Positions 50,825-62,144 of a stretch of DNA of 64,000 nucleotides are shown here, piece after piece. Origin of the DNA: Ginglymostoma cirratum (lineage: Eukaryota). The DNA lies in the NCBI GenBank assembly GCA_024137785.1, contig JAHRHZ010000289.1:20706512-20770511 (forward strand), read 5' to 3'. The first letter of the stretch is position 1; the number at the start of each line of letters is the position of its first letter. Made by a program: the position numbers and the translations under genes. Under the pieces are notes generated by a model, which was not told the origin of the DNA, did no database searches, and saw nothing but the letters and a program-made list of their open reading frames with translations.

Positions 50825-51224
50825 NNNNNNNNNNNNNNNNNNNNNNNNNNNNNNNNNNNNNNNNNNNNNNNNNNNNNNNNNNNNNNNNNNNNNNNNNNNN
50901 NNNNNNNNNNNNNNNNNNNNNNNNNNNNNNNNNNNNNNNNNNNNNNNNNNNNNNNNNNNNNNNNNNNNNNNNNNNNNNNNNNNNNNNNNNNNNNNNNNNN
51001 NNNNNNNNNNNNNNNNNNNNNNNNNNNNNNNNNNNNNNNNNNNNNNNNNNNNNNNNNNNNNNNNNNNNNNNNNNNNNNNNNNNNNNNNNNNNNNNNNNNN
51101 NNNNNNNNNNNNNNNNNNNNNNNNNNNNNNNNNNNNNNNNNNNNNNNNNNNNNNNNNNNNNNNNNNNNNNNNNNNNNNNNNNNNNNNNNNNNNNNNNNNN
51201 NNNNNNNNNNNNNNNNNNNNNNNN
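50825..51224. other. Assembly gap (400 N)
   Basis: Run of N. Confidence 1.
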
Positions 51225-51227
51225 ACA

Positions 51228-51980
51228 GTGGTCGAGAACGCCCTCGACCGTGTCTCCCGCATTTCCCGGAACACATCCCTCACGCCCCGTCCCCGCAACA
51301 ATAACCAAAAAAGAATCCCCCTCGTCCTCACATACCACCCCACCAACCTCCGGATCCAACGCATCATCCTCCGACACTTCCGCCATCTACAGTCAGACCC
51401 CACCACCAAAGACATCTTTCCCTCCCCACCCTTATCTGCCTTCCGGAGGGACCACTCCCTCCGCGACTCCCTTGTCCGCGCCACACTCCCCTCCAGCCCC
51501 ACCACACCCGGCACTTTTCCTTGTAACCGCAGGAAGTGCTACACCTGCCCCCACACCTCCTCCCTCACCCCAATCCCAGGCCCCAAGAAGACATTCCACA
51601 TCAGGCAGAGGTTCACCTGCACATCTGCCAATGTGGTATACTGCATCCGCTGTACCCGTTGTGGCTTCCTCTACATCGGGGAAACCAAGCGGAGGCTTGG
51701 GGACCGCTTTGCAGAACACCTGCGCTCAGTTCGCAACAAACAACTGCACCTCCCAGTCGCGAACCATTTCAACTCCCCCTCCCATTCCTCAGATGACATG
51801 TCCATCCTTGGCCTCCTACAATGCCACAGTGATGCCACCCGAAGGCTGCAGGAACAGCAAATCATATTCAGCCTGGGAACCCTGCAGCCCAATGGCATCA
51901 ATGTGGATTTCACAAGTTTCAAAATCTCCCCTCCCCCAACCGCATCCCAAAACCAGCCCAGCTCATCTCCACCTCCCTAA
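51228..51980 (+). CDS. PLE polyprotein C-terminus: Cys linker plus GIY-YIG endonuclease (partial; the 5' part lies in the gap)
   Basis: RIPLVLTYHP..GTFPCNRRKCYTCP..VVYCIRCTRCGFLYIGETKRRLGDRFAEH..PVANHF..H..LGTLQPNGIN; 250 codons without a stop. Confidence 0.9.
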   Translation: MVENALDRVSRISRNTSLTPRPRNNNQKRIPLVLTYHPTNLRIQRIILRHFRHLQSDPTTKDIFPSPPLSAFRRDHSLRDSLVRATLPSSPTTPGTFPCNRRKCYTCPHTSSLTPIPGPKKTFHIRQRFTCTSANVVYCIRCTRCGFLYIGETKRRLGDRFAEHLRSVRNKQLHLPVANHFNSPSHSSDDMSILGLLQCHSDATRRLQEQQIIFSLGTLQPNGINVDFTSFKISPPPTASQNQPSSSPPP

Positions 51981-52231
51981 CCTGTTTTTCCTCTCACCTC
52001 AAGCCACACCCCTATCTCCTATCTACTAACATCATCCCGCCCCCTTGACCTGTCCGTCCTCCCTGGACTGACCTATCTCCTCCCTACCCCCCTACCTACA
52101 CTCACCTTTATTGGCTCCATCCCCGCCTCTTCGACTTGTCTGCCTCCTCTCCACCTATCCTCTCCTCTATCCATCCTCTATCCGCCTCCCCCTCTCTCCC
52201 TTTTTATTTCAGAACCCTCTTCCCCTCCCCC

Positions 52232-52267
52232 ATTTCTGATGAAGGGTTTAGGCCCGAAACGTCAAGT
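52232..52267 (+). ncRNA. Minimal hammerhead ribozyme motif, best-preserved copy
   Basis: ATTT-CTGATGA-A-GGGT(TTAG)GCCC-GAAA-C-GTC-AAGT. Canonical CUGAUGA/GAAA core; predicted cleavage after GUC (52263). Confidence 0.8.
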
Positions 52268-53214
52268 TTTCCTGCTCCTATGATGCTGCTTGACCTGCTG
52301 TGTTCATCCAGCCCCATGCTTGTTATCTCGGATTCTCCAGCTTCTGCAGTACCTTTTATCTCATGAATGAGACTTTTTTTTCATATTTAGTGTTTATGAC
52401 TGAGGGTTCTGTCAGAATATCGGATATTTTTCTTGTCTCCATATGGCACCTAAGGTCTGCTCAGAGGCTACATGATGACTGAATATAGAATTGGTATTTG
52501 GATATGAGATGCATGGAGATAGCATTGGGCTTATGGGGAGATTGGGAGGTAGATGGGCCATGAGGGCAAGAAAGTCTAGCAGCCTCTTTCACAACTTGGC
52601 TCAAATCTCAAAGAATCATGCTAAATCTTCTAACTAGCTGTCTTCACCATTTGCAGAAAGGATAAAGATTCACATATTGATTTATGCAGTACTTTTGAGT
52701 CTGTTCTGATTCTATGTATTTCTCGTGTTAAATGGGCCTATTAGGAGGAAATAAATTTGCTGATTTTTCTTTTAAAATCTGGTGTCAATAACAGCAAATG
52801 CTGTTTAGAAATTAGGTTTGCCAATTAATTTAAAGTTGTTATATAAAATGGTATGTGTAGATAGATCTTTCATTCTGATATACAGCCTTTTCAATGAGAG
52901 TGAAGTTTTATTAATGAGATTGTTGCAGATAGAGCAGATAACACGGGCTTAAGGCATTTTGGCTACTAAGCTGAATAATGTAAGAATGTGAAAGACAGGA
53001 AGCAAAGGAGAATTTTAATTAGGATTGCTGAAATGTCATAGACTATCAATTCTCCAAACATTTTCTCAGAATTTCATTATGTCCCTGTCTTACCAATGTA
53101 TAAATGTATGAAATTATCAGGAGCATCCAAAGTAATTTATTTTCCCTCTGTTTATAATTTTATTTATTATCCTGGCTGCATAATGATCCAGTTGCTACGT
53201 GAGATGACTTGCTT

Positions 53215-53610
53215 GGGAATGTTGGTCTTTATTTCAAAGACAATGGCTTATGAAGATAAGGAGGTTTTGCTAAAGCTATTCAAGACAATAATCAGAGTGT
53301 TTCGCCCTGTGGCAGAGTCCAAGACCAGAGGGCATAATCTCAAAATAAGAAATCTTCTATTTCATATAGTCTTCGCTCAGAGGTTAGTGACACTGCGGAA
53401 TTCTTTATAGTGGAGAGCTGTTGAAGCTGGGTTATTAAGTATAATTCAAAGCTGAGATAAACAGAGTTTTAATCAATAAGGAAATGAAGGATTATAGGGA
53501 AGAGAAAGTGAAGTCAAGGTTTATCAGATCGGCCATTATGTCATTGAATTGTGGAGCAGATCTACAGACAAAATGGCCTACTTCTGTTCCAATGTCTTAT
53601 GGTTTTATGG
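53215..53610 (+). mobile_element. CR1 3' fragment with an internal deletion
   Basis: MAYEDKEVLLKLFKT..ESKTRGHNLKIR..FAQRLVTLRNSL (ORF 53096..53410). Confidence 0.75.
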
Positions 53611-53784
53611 AATACAAGGTTAATCCAGTCTTTCTCTCATTATGTAACCTTTCATACTGTCAGTGTCAGGAGTATTTGGTTTAGCTCAATTTTTCATTGA
53701 ATGGGAGGGTTGAAATTATTATTCCATTGTTTAATGAGTGATGGCTTGTAGCCTGACAAGACTGCGTTATTGTGCCTTATTTTG

Positions 53785-54540
53785 GAACATAAAAACATAA
53801 GAACTATAAACAGACATAAGCCTTTAAGCCCCCTGGGCCTCCATTTCACCCTTCCATACTTTCATTGCTTAGATTCTACTTCAGCTACTCTGTCCCACAC
53901 CATCTATATCTCTTAATTTCCTTTGTAAAAAAATGTTGTTCTCTGACTTGATTCTGGACAATGGCTGTGCATGCATAGCTCTCTGCAGTAAAGAATTCTA
54001 AATGATCACTACACTTTGAATTAAAACATTTTTCATTACCTGAATCCTAAATCGCTCACCCTTTACTCTGAAGGTCCAAATATTGTCTTTCAGTGCAGAG
54101 AAAACATTCTCTCAGCACTAACCCTGTCAAACTGTTTCGGGATTTTATATGTTCCAATGAAATTATCTCTCACCTAAATTCTAGGGAGTATAGACCTAGT
54201 CTATTTAATCTGTCCTTATTTGGTAATTTTGTCATGTAAAGGATCAGTTCTGAAAATCTTTATCGTACTCTAAGGCAAAGTTGCCCTCTCACGTCAGGAG
54301 ACCAAGAATATATATAATCCTCTAGTTGTGGCCTCAGCAAGGCCCCAAATAATTGCTGGATGAACAGCTCTACCCTTATACTTATCTATCCGTGGTATAT
54401 CCGTTGCTTTCCTAATTACCTTCTGTAAATGCATATGAACTTTCTGTGACTCATGTACTCGGATAACCAAATCTCTGTCACCAATCTTTACTAGTCTCTC
54501 AGCATTCAAAAAAAAATTCTGCCTTTCTATTTCTCAATCC
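53785..54540 (-). mobile_element. CR1 3' fragment (old)
   Basis: RDLVIRVHESQKVHMHLQKVIRKA (ORF 54294..54509); tail aacataaaaacataagaa. Confidence 0.7.
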
Positions 54541-54579
54541 AGGATCTACTGAAAATTAACAACTTAAGAATGCTATTGT

Positions 54580-54890
54580 TAGGAAAGAAATCAAACTCGA
54601 GGAATTGTTGAGGCTTAAATTTTATAAATCTGCTGGATCTGAATTCTTGCATTCTTGCAGAGTACAAAAAAGGTAATTTTAGAAATGGCAGGTGTTCCAA
54701 AATTCCCTGGATTCTAGAATGGGCTGCATTGAGAGTAAAGTAACAGATATAATCCCACTATTCAAGGAAAGAGAGAGAAAGCAAGAAACTATAGACCAGT
54801 TAGCATGACATCTATAGCATGACTAATGCTATCTTTTACTATTAAGGATATGGCAACAAGGAACTTGGAACATCATAATTGGATTAGCCA
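54580..54890 (+). mobile_element. CR1 RT N-terminal fragment
   Basis: IIPLFKE..NYRPVSMTSI motif (54749-54816, with a frameshift). Confidence 0.7.
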
Positions 54891-56358
54891 AACTCTTTTC
54901 GTTATCTCATGTCTGGAGGACCTTTTGCTGTCATGAATCTTCATGACTAGAACCTATAATAAAGCTTAAGTGTGTAAAAGGAAGTTTGGAAACTATTCCA
55001 TTCATTTGAGAAGAGTGAGATGAATGGGTATTTGTACATTATGTGCAGTCAGACATAAACTAAAAACTTTTTGATAATATTACATGACTTCGACTCAAGC
55101 TCCTACCTAATACTATTCTTTGACCAGAAAATGTAGTACAGATCATTTCTGTCAAGGAATTTAGCCACATTATCATGAAAATATGGTCAAAATCCTGACC
55201 CCGTGATTCTATGATTCCAGAAGCATATAATCAAATTTTGATAACTGTTTCTCGATATTTCAACTGGAAATTTCAAAATTCCTTTATCAACACATTTATT
55301 TTGACTTGTTACCAGTTAAGGTTATTTCAGATAAACTGAGAAATTTTACAGCGAGCTGCTACATGACAGTGGATATAAGTAGATGGAGTTAGCTACAAGA
55401 TTCAAGTAGTGGAGAAGCTCATTAGCTGAAGTTTTCCTTGAGAAAATATTTATAATCTGAGGTTATGCAGCTGCTTTGTTTTCGACCATTACTGCATTGT
55501 AGCTCCTAGCACTTGGCATTCATCACAAATAATGGTTCTATTCCATGAGATCAAGCTGAAATGTTATGGAACCATCTCAAAACTGCTGAATATTTGCTTT
55601 ACATTTTTTTTAATCTTGTAAAATAACCTGGAAAGAGAGATTGTGCTGGCACCTAAACTCTGGGTTATAAGATGGTCCACACTCTTAGTCGAAAACATTA
55701 TTATTTTGGTTCTTTAAGAGGCTATCATTCAAAAATGAATTGATTTTTCATTTTTAAACAATATATTTCTCTCTACCTTCCTGTTTCCTCGGATCAGACA
55801 GCATTTCAGTGAGAAGGCAAAGAAGTAATCTGCTTCCAGGCTGGTGCATTTTTGAATCTATTGTAGAGAGCAAACTAGACTTCTCATGTTGATTCTGCAC
55901 AAGATTTTCTCTTCATTTTTATGGATGACCTCCTGTTTTCCTCATAGATCTCTTAACAGCAGCATATCTGAGAAAAGTAACTCATAGTGTGTGGGTCTAC
56001 ACCTAGGAACTGAATTCTAAACCCTTAGTGGGACTATGCTTTGGAGCTTGAGCTCCATTACCTAATTTTAGCATTTCCTTTTCATAGGCGTGGAAAATCT
56101 CTTAGATTCAATTATTTTGGTTAATGTTGTGGATTTTGCATCCAGCCGGATACCTTTACCTAATGTCACAATACTTATGTTATCCCTCACAACATGAAAA
56201 AACTAGGTATGGATAACTTGGTATTTAAAAATGCAAGAGACCTTATTGCAGCTGTCTACTACATATAAATATTACCGCCACAGGCAATTCAGTATCTAGG
56301 CCAAGGCGTAGAGCTGGAAGAACACAGCCGGCCAAACAGCATCTGAGGAGCAGGAAAG

Positions 56359-56390
56359 ATGACGTTTCAGGCCTAAACCCTTCTTCAGAA
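56359..56390 (-). ncRNA. Hammerhead motif, left arm of the twin
   Basis: CTGAAGA-A-GGGT(TTAG)GCCT-GAAA-C-GTC; core intact, stem I weak. Confidence 0.6.
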
Positions 56391-56392
56391 AA

Positions 56393-56424
56393 TTCTGAAG
56401 AAGGGTCTAGGCCCGAAACGTCAG
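56393..56424 (+). ncRNA. Hammerhead motif, right arm of the twin
   Basis: TT-CTGAAGA-A-GGGT(CTAG)GCCC-GAAA-C-GTC-AG; core intact. Confidence 0.65.
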
Positions 56425-57618
56425 CCTTCCTGCTCCTCTGATGCTGCTTGGCCTGTTGTGTTCATCTAGCTCTACACCTTGTTACATCAGATTGTCCAGC
56501 ACCTGCAGTTCCTACTATCTCAGTATCTAGGCCATTTGATTATAAAGAGTAACATGCTTTCAATAAAGTGTCATGATTCAAGTAATCCAAGTTAAGATGC
56601 GATTTTTATACCCTTAGGTCACATGCCATGATACAGTGATGATGTCATGAGCATGTCTCTTAAAGGCTTACTCTGCTACAATTTCATTTAAGGTATATTA
56701 ATATACTGACTGTGAGACATAGCACAAAACTTGATATTGCCAGTCCCTTTACTTTCCTTTCTGTTTGTTACAAAAGTCAATGGGTTAAATCATACTTTTT
56801 TTTGGCTAAATGTAAGTTGTGTTGAGTTTTTTGGAAGGATTCACAAAGTGAGGCCCAGTGATACATTTTTCTGTAGTTTACCAAGTCCATCTTATTAACT
56901 AGGGCATCCCTTGCATTTGATTCTAGCTCCATCTCACCAAATCTTCTGCTCCTCTCTGCTGTCTGACCCAAAACATCAATCTCCATTTTTTATTTCATTC
57001 TCCTCCCATGTTCTCCTGTCAATCAGGCAAATGTGAAAGAAGAATTGTTTTACCCCTGGATGATCATGCATTCTAAGACATCACCCCAATACAGCTCCAC
57101 ATCAAGGCACCTGGTGCCCTTCTTAAAGTGGTTAGAGCTTTATAAACCTTTTAAGTATGGGTAAGAAGATATAGTTGAGATGCCAGTATGAATTTGCTGT
57201 AACTCAGTACTAACATTGTGACTTCATTAAGTCACCCACAAATCATGAGGAGGTCATTTACTCCAGTGGATTCTCACCTTTACTGTAATTCAAAACATTG
57301 CAGAGGTGTAGGTGACAACTTGCCAGAAGCCTGTACAGATTTTATCACTCAATTTTAAACTACACACAGTGGTGGTCATTGCTGGCTCCCAAACCAACCA
57401 CAAATCACTAGCAGAATAGATGGGAGGAATCTACCACAGCATTGCTTGAAGAGAGATCCTGCTATAATTAAGGAAGTCTTGAAGTTGATCTGGCACTCAT
57501 ATTTCCTTCAGTCTCTCGAGCGTGTTCAATCTTAAAAGCTTCTTCAAGTTGATCACACTGCCGCTTTGTGTGATGATGAAATCTGCTGCTTAATTTAATC
57601 CCCAATGTTTCTTTTCAG

Positions 57619-57669
57619 ACAATCCTTCTGCCCACGAACAGCACCTGGCTTCCCGAAGGGCAAGTTGCT
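57619..57669 (+). CDS. Candidate 51-bp exon of an unidentified gene
   Basis: Branch-like cttaat, acceptor tttcttttcag, donor gct|gtaagc; length is a multiple of 3 and all frames are open. No homolog recognised. Confidence 0.2.
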
Positions 57670-58296
57670 GTAAGCAGCACAATTCATACTTACAGCTTTT
57701 CTATTCATGAGGCTCCTTACTATCACTGGATAGATGATGCATTTGCCTTGCCTACTTACTGCTGGATCTGAACTCCGGAACAAAAGGAATTGTATTAACT
57801 CCCAAATTGAATGTGTATACAGTCAATATGAGTTAGATTTTTTTACTCTGTTTTTTGTAAACTAAAAGTTGGAGTTTTAAACTCCCACCCACTTTTAGAT
57901 TGAATAGTAAAACCTAATACTTCACTGATCCTCTTCAGAGCTTTGTGAACCTTATTTTCTATATTGGGCTTGAATTTTCAGATGTTTACATTGACCTGGG
58001 CTATTCCACCAGCTCGGAGGTGGAACTGGATGCAGTAAGGATGGATAAATAGTGAGGGCAGTCACTACAGGACAGTTCTCTGACACAACCTCACCCCCAG
58101 TAAACTGTCCCCAGCTTGGCTAACTGCTCCATGAAAGGGACCAGTCAATGAATATAAGAGCCATTTTTACAATGCTTCCAGAATTTTGCCAACATTGGAG
58201 TGACCTCCAAAGTAACGGCAGAGGCTGACAGTCCAATTGAGGCAACGATAGATCAACAGTGGCCTTGGAATTAGAAACACATTGCCCCAGATATGA

Positions 58297-60813
58297 CGAG
58301 ATAGCAAAAACTGCAGATGTTGGAGTCAGGGATTACACAGTGTGGAGCTGGAGGAACACAGCAGGCCAGGCAGCATCAGAGGAGCAGGAAAGTTGACGTT
58401 TTGGTTCGGGACCCTTCTTCAAAAATGGGGAGGGGGAAGGAAGCCGGGATATAAATAGGGAGAGGAGGAGTGGGGCTGGGAAAGGTAGGTGGGATTGTGA
58501 TAAGTGAGTGCAGGTAGGGAGTGGTGGGGATTGGTCAGTGGGATATGGTGGGGTGAATAAGTGGGAGAGAAGTTGGACAGGTTGTGTCAGGCCAAGGAGG
58601 CAGGAGGGAGGTTGGGTGGGGCTGGTGAAAGATAGGTGGGGTGGTGATAAATTAGAAGAATGTAGTAGGGGTTGGTCAGTGGGAAGAGTAGGGCGGATAG
58701 CTGCGAGAAGACGGACAGGTTGTGTCAAGTCAAGGAGGCAGGGATGAGAGGAAGGGTTGGACATGGGATGAGGCCGGGAGTGGGGAGATTTTAAAACTGG
58801 TGAATTCTATGTTCAGACCATTGGGCTGTAGGCTCCCAAGGCAGAATATGAGGTGTTGCTCCTCCAGTTTGCATATGGTGTCATTGTGGCACTGGAGGAG
58901 GCCCAGGATGGACATGTCACCCAGTGAGTGGGAGGACGAATTAAAATGGTTGTCGATCAGAAGGTGTTGTCATTTGTTACATACAGAGCTCAGATGCTCT
59001 ACAAAACAGTCCCTGAGTCTACGCTTGGTCTCACCAATGTAGAGGAGGCCATATTGGAAGCAACAGATACAGTAGACCAGGTTGGAGGATGTACAGGTAA
59101 ACCCCTGTTGGATTTGAAATGTTTGCTTTGGGCCTTGGATGGAGGTGAAGTGGGGGAGGTGCAGGGGCAGGTGTAGCACTTCCTGTGTTTGCAGGGATAG
59201 GTGCTGGGGGTGGTGGGGTTAGTGGGGAGTGTGGAGCTGACGAGGGAGTCACGGAGACCCGTTCCTACAAAAGGCAAATAAGGGTGGGGAGGGAAATATC
59301 TCTTTGGTTGTGGGGTCAGATCATAGGTGGTGGAAGTGGCAGAGAATGATGTGTGGATGCGGAGGTTGGTGGTGTGGTATGTGAAGCCCAGGGGGATTCT
59401 GTCTTTATTTTTGTTGGGGGAGGGGGTTTGTGGCTAGAAGTGTAGGAAATGCAAGAGATGTGGTTAAGGACATTTTTGATCACCAGAGGAGTGTTGCGGT
59501 CCTTGAAATAGGAGGACACCTGGGATGTCTGGCATTGGAATGCTCCATTCTTGGGAGCAGATGTGACAGAGGCAGAGGAATTGAGAGTGGGAGATCACAT
59601 TTTTGTAGGAGGATGGGTGAGAGGACGTGTAGTCCAGGTAGCTAGAAGAGTCGGTGGGTTTGAAATAGCTGTTGGTGTTGAGGCAGAGAGGTCCAGGAAG
59701 GGAGGGAGGTATCGGAAATGGTCTAGGTGAATTTGAGGTTGGGGTGAAAGGTGTTAGTAAAGTTGATGAACTGTTCAAGCTCCACTTTCAGAGCATGAAG
59801 CAGCTCTGAAAGTCATCAATGTAGCGGAGGAAGAGGTTGGAAATAGTGCCAGTATAACAGCTGAAAAGGGACTGTTCCATGTATCCTACAAAGAGGTGGG
59901 CATAACTTGGACCCATGCAGGTGACCATGGCCACCCCCTTAGTCTGCAGTAAGTGGGAGGAGTTAAAGGGGAAGTTGTTCAGGCTAAGGACAAGTTCTGT
60001 AAAGCAGATGAGGGTGTCGGTGGCAGGGGATTGGTTGGGCTTGTGGGAGAGGAAGAAGCGGAGGTCTTTTAGGCCATATGCATGGGGAATACAAGTGTAT
60101 AGGGACTGGATGTCCATAGTGAAGATGAGGTATTGGGAGCCAGGGAATTGGAAGTCTCAGAGGAGGTGGAGGGTGTGGGTGCTGTCCTGCCTGTTGGTGG
60201 AGAGTTCCTGGACCGGGGAAAAAGACAGAGTACCTGGACCGGGTGGAGAAGACAGAAGGATACCATAGCAAACTGGAGGAGCAACACCTCATATTCCACC
60301 TCGGGAGCCTACAACCTGATGGCCTTAACATAGAACTCATCAGTTTTAAAATTCCCCCACCCGACTCCTGGCCTCATCCTAAGACCAAACCTCCCTCTCA
60401 TCCCCACCTCTTTGACCTGACACAACCTGTCCATCTTCTCTCCCACCTATCTACCCTACCCTTCCCGCAAACCAATCCCCTCTATCCCCTACATGCATCC
60501 AACCTATCACCACCCACCTATCTTTCACCAGTCCTACCCATCCTCCCTCCCGCCTCCTTAACCCGACACAACCTGTTCATCTTCTCTCCCACCTGTCCGC
60601 CCCACCTGTCCCGCTGACCAATCCCCACCACACCAAACCGTATTCACCTATCACCATCCCTCCTACCTTCCCCAGCCCCACCCCTCCTCTCTATTTGTCT
60701 CTGAGCTCCCTTCTCCATCCCCATTTCTGAAGAAGGGTCCTGACCGAAATGACAACTTTCCTGCTCCTCTGATGCTGTCTGGCCTGGCTGTGTTCCTCCA
60801 GATCCACACTGTG
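58297..60813 (-). mobile_element. Neptune-type PLE, 5'-truncated, with an inverted 3'-end copy (~60258-60813)
   Basis: MDIQSLYTCIP..KGVAMVTCMGPSYAHLFVG..LFLRYIDDF; LVYCICCFQYGLLYIGETKRRL. 15-bp TSD ttgccccagatatga (58282-58296) / ttgccccaaatatga (60814-60828). Decayed HHRs at ~58391-58426 (minus) and 60723-60757 (plus). Confidence 0.93.
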
Positions 60814-61399
60814 TTGCCCCAAATATGAACCCTTGGGCATGAAAGTCTATAACCCATCTATTAAAAGTCCTGGAGAGGAGTTTTCCTTCCACCCTCATGT
60901 CCCTACCAGATTCAAGTCTCTTTATTTCATAAAGCCTTCACAGGTGATGTCTCCACGTTGACATAATTGTGCATTTACCTGCCAGCTTTGCCAGCATATA
61001 CCTTGCCCTCTGTTACTGCCAGCCATTGTTCCAGGCCCCAGATTGAAACTGCAACCTTGGGAGCTCATCTGTTGCATTTAATGGAATGGTAAGTGTGACA
61101 CAGCCACTGAGGAGACCATCCTTCTGAAAGTCACGATAGCAGGTACACTGATGAGGTGGCTGGATTTGGGATCAATTATCACATTATTAAAATATCACTT
61201 GTACTGTTCATGACTGGTCTTTTGGTGATGTTTAATTCAGAGCTTTCTCTTCCTGACCATAAACTGTTGACTGATTTACATATAAGTAACTAAGTGGTTT
61301 GCTCTTACACCATTATTTTTATATCAAATTCTGACTCAATCTTTGCTTTGTTTGCATAAACAGAAACTGAAGAACTCAAAACACAAAGCTTTTCTTTAT

Positions 61400-61720
61400 G
61401 ATTCAATCATTGAATTTGTTAGGTTGCCCTTTATTGTCAGCTCCATACTGCCCGAGTGAAGGAGGCAGTGAGTTGCCTCTCTGAACCATTGTGGTCTTTA
61501 GGATGCAGCAATACTGATAGTGCTATTAGAAAGGGTGTTCCCGGATTTTGAAACAGCTACCCTGAAGGAATAATGATATATTTCCAAGCCTAGATGATGT
61601 GTGGCTTGGAGGGAAGCTTGTATGTGGTGGTATTCCCACATATCTTGCCCTTCTAGATGCTACAAGTCATCAGTTTGGAAGGTGCTGTCAAACAAGACTC
61701 GGTGAACTACAACATTGTTT
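61400..61720 (-). mobile_element. CR1-group LINE, second family: 3' end fragment
   Basis: Homologous to 9125-9460 and 20560-20890. Confidence 0.7.
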
Positions 61721-62144
61721 GTAAATGTGCTTGAAATACTTAATTCGATTAAATATAAAGATTATTTCTAAACCGACCATTTCTGCTCTTACGACCTGGT
61801 GTTTGTTGAACTTATATGATATATACCCATGCTGCATCTTGGCCTTTGACCACTCGGAAAAAATGTTGCTCTAAAATAGATGGATATGGATTTTATGTCT
61901 TTGCAAGGTCAACTAACGAGCCACTTCACAGATTTATATTTTCCCTCTGTCATATAGAGCTCTATTGCCCACTCCCCTCCACTTGAGCAAGTTATTTCAC
62001 TGCAATGTTCCCCCATTTCAGTCAATCATCATATCAATACCAAACCAGCTTAATGCACTGTCTTCCATCAACTTTTCCTGATTGTAGCCCTTTAGTTCCC
62101 CAGCTACTGACTGAAATTTCCTGGCATTTGTTCTGTCTCTCAGC

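Larger units (their letters stand above)
51225..52342 (+). mobile_element. Young Neptune-type PLE, 3' portion
   Basis: Uninterrupted CpG-rich ORF, C-rich 3' UTR, intact HHR and full terminal tail. Confidence 0.95.
56304..56519. mobile_element. Palindromic twin-hammerhead mini-element (second family)
   Basis: Inverted arms of about 87 bp around a 2-nt centre (56391-56392). Exact 15-bp TSD tcagtatctaggcca (56289-56303 / 56520-56534). Confidence 0.92.
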
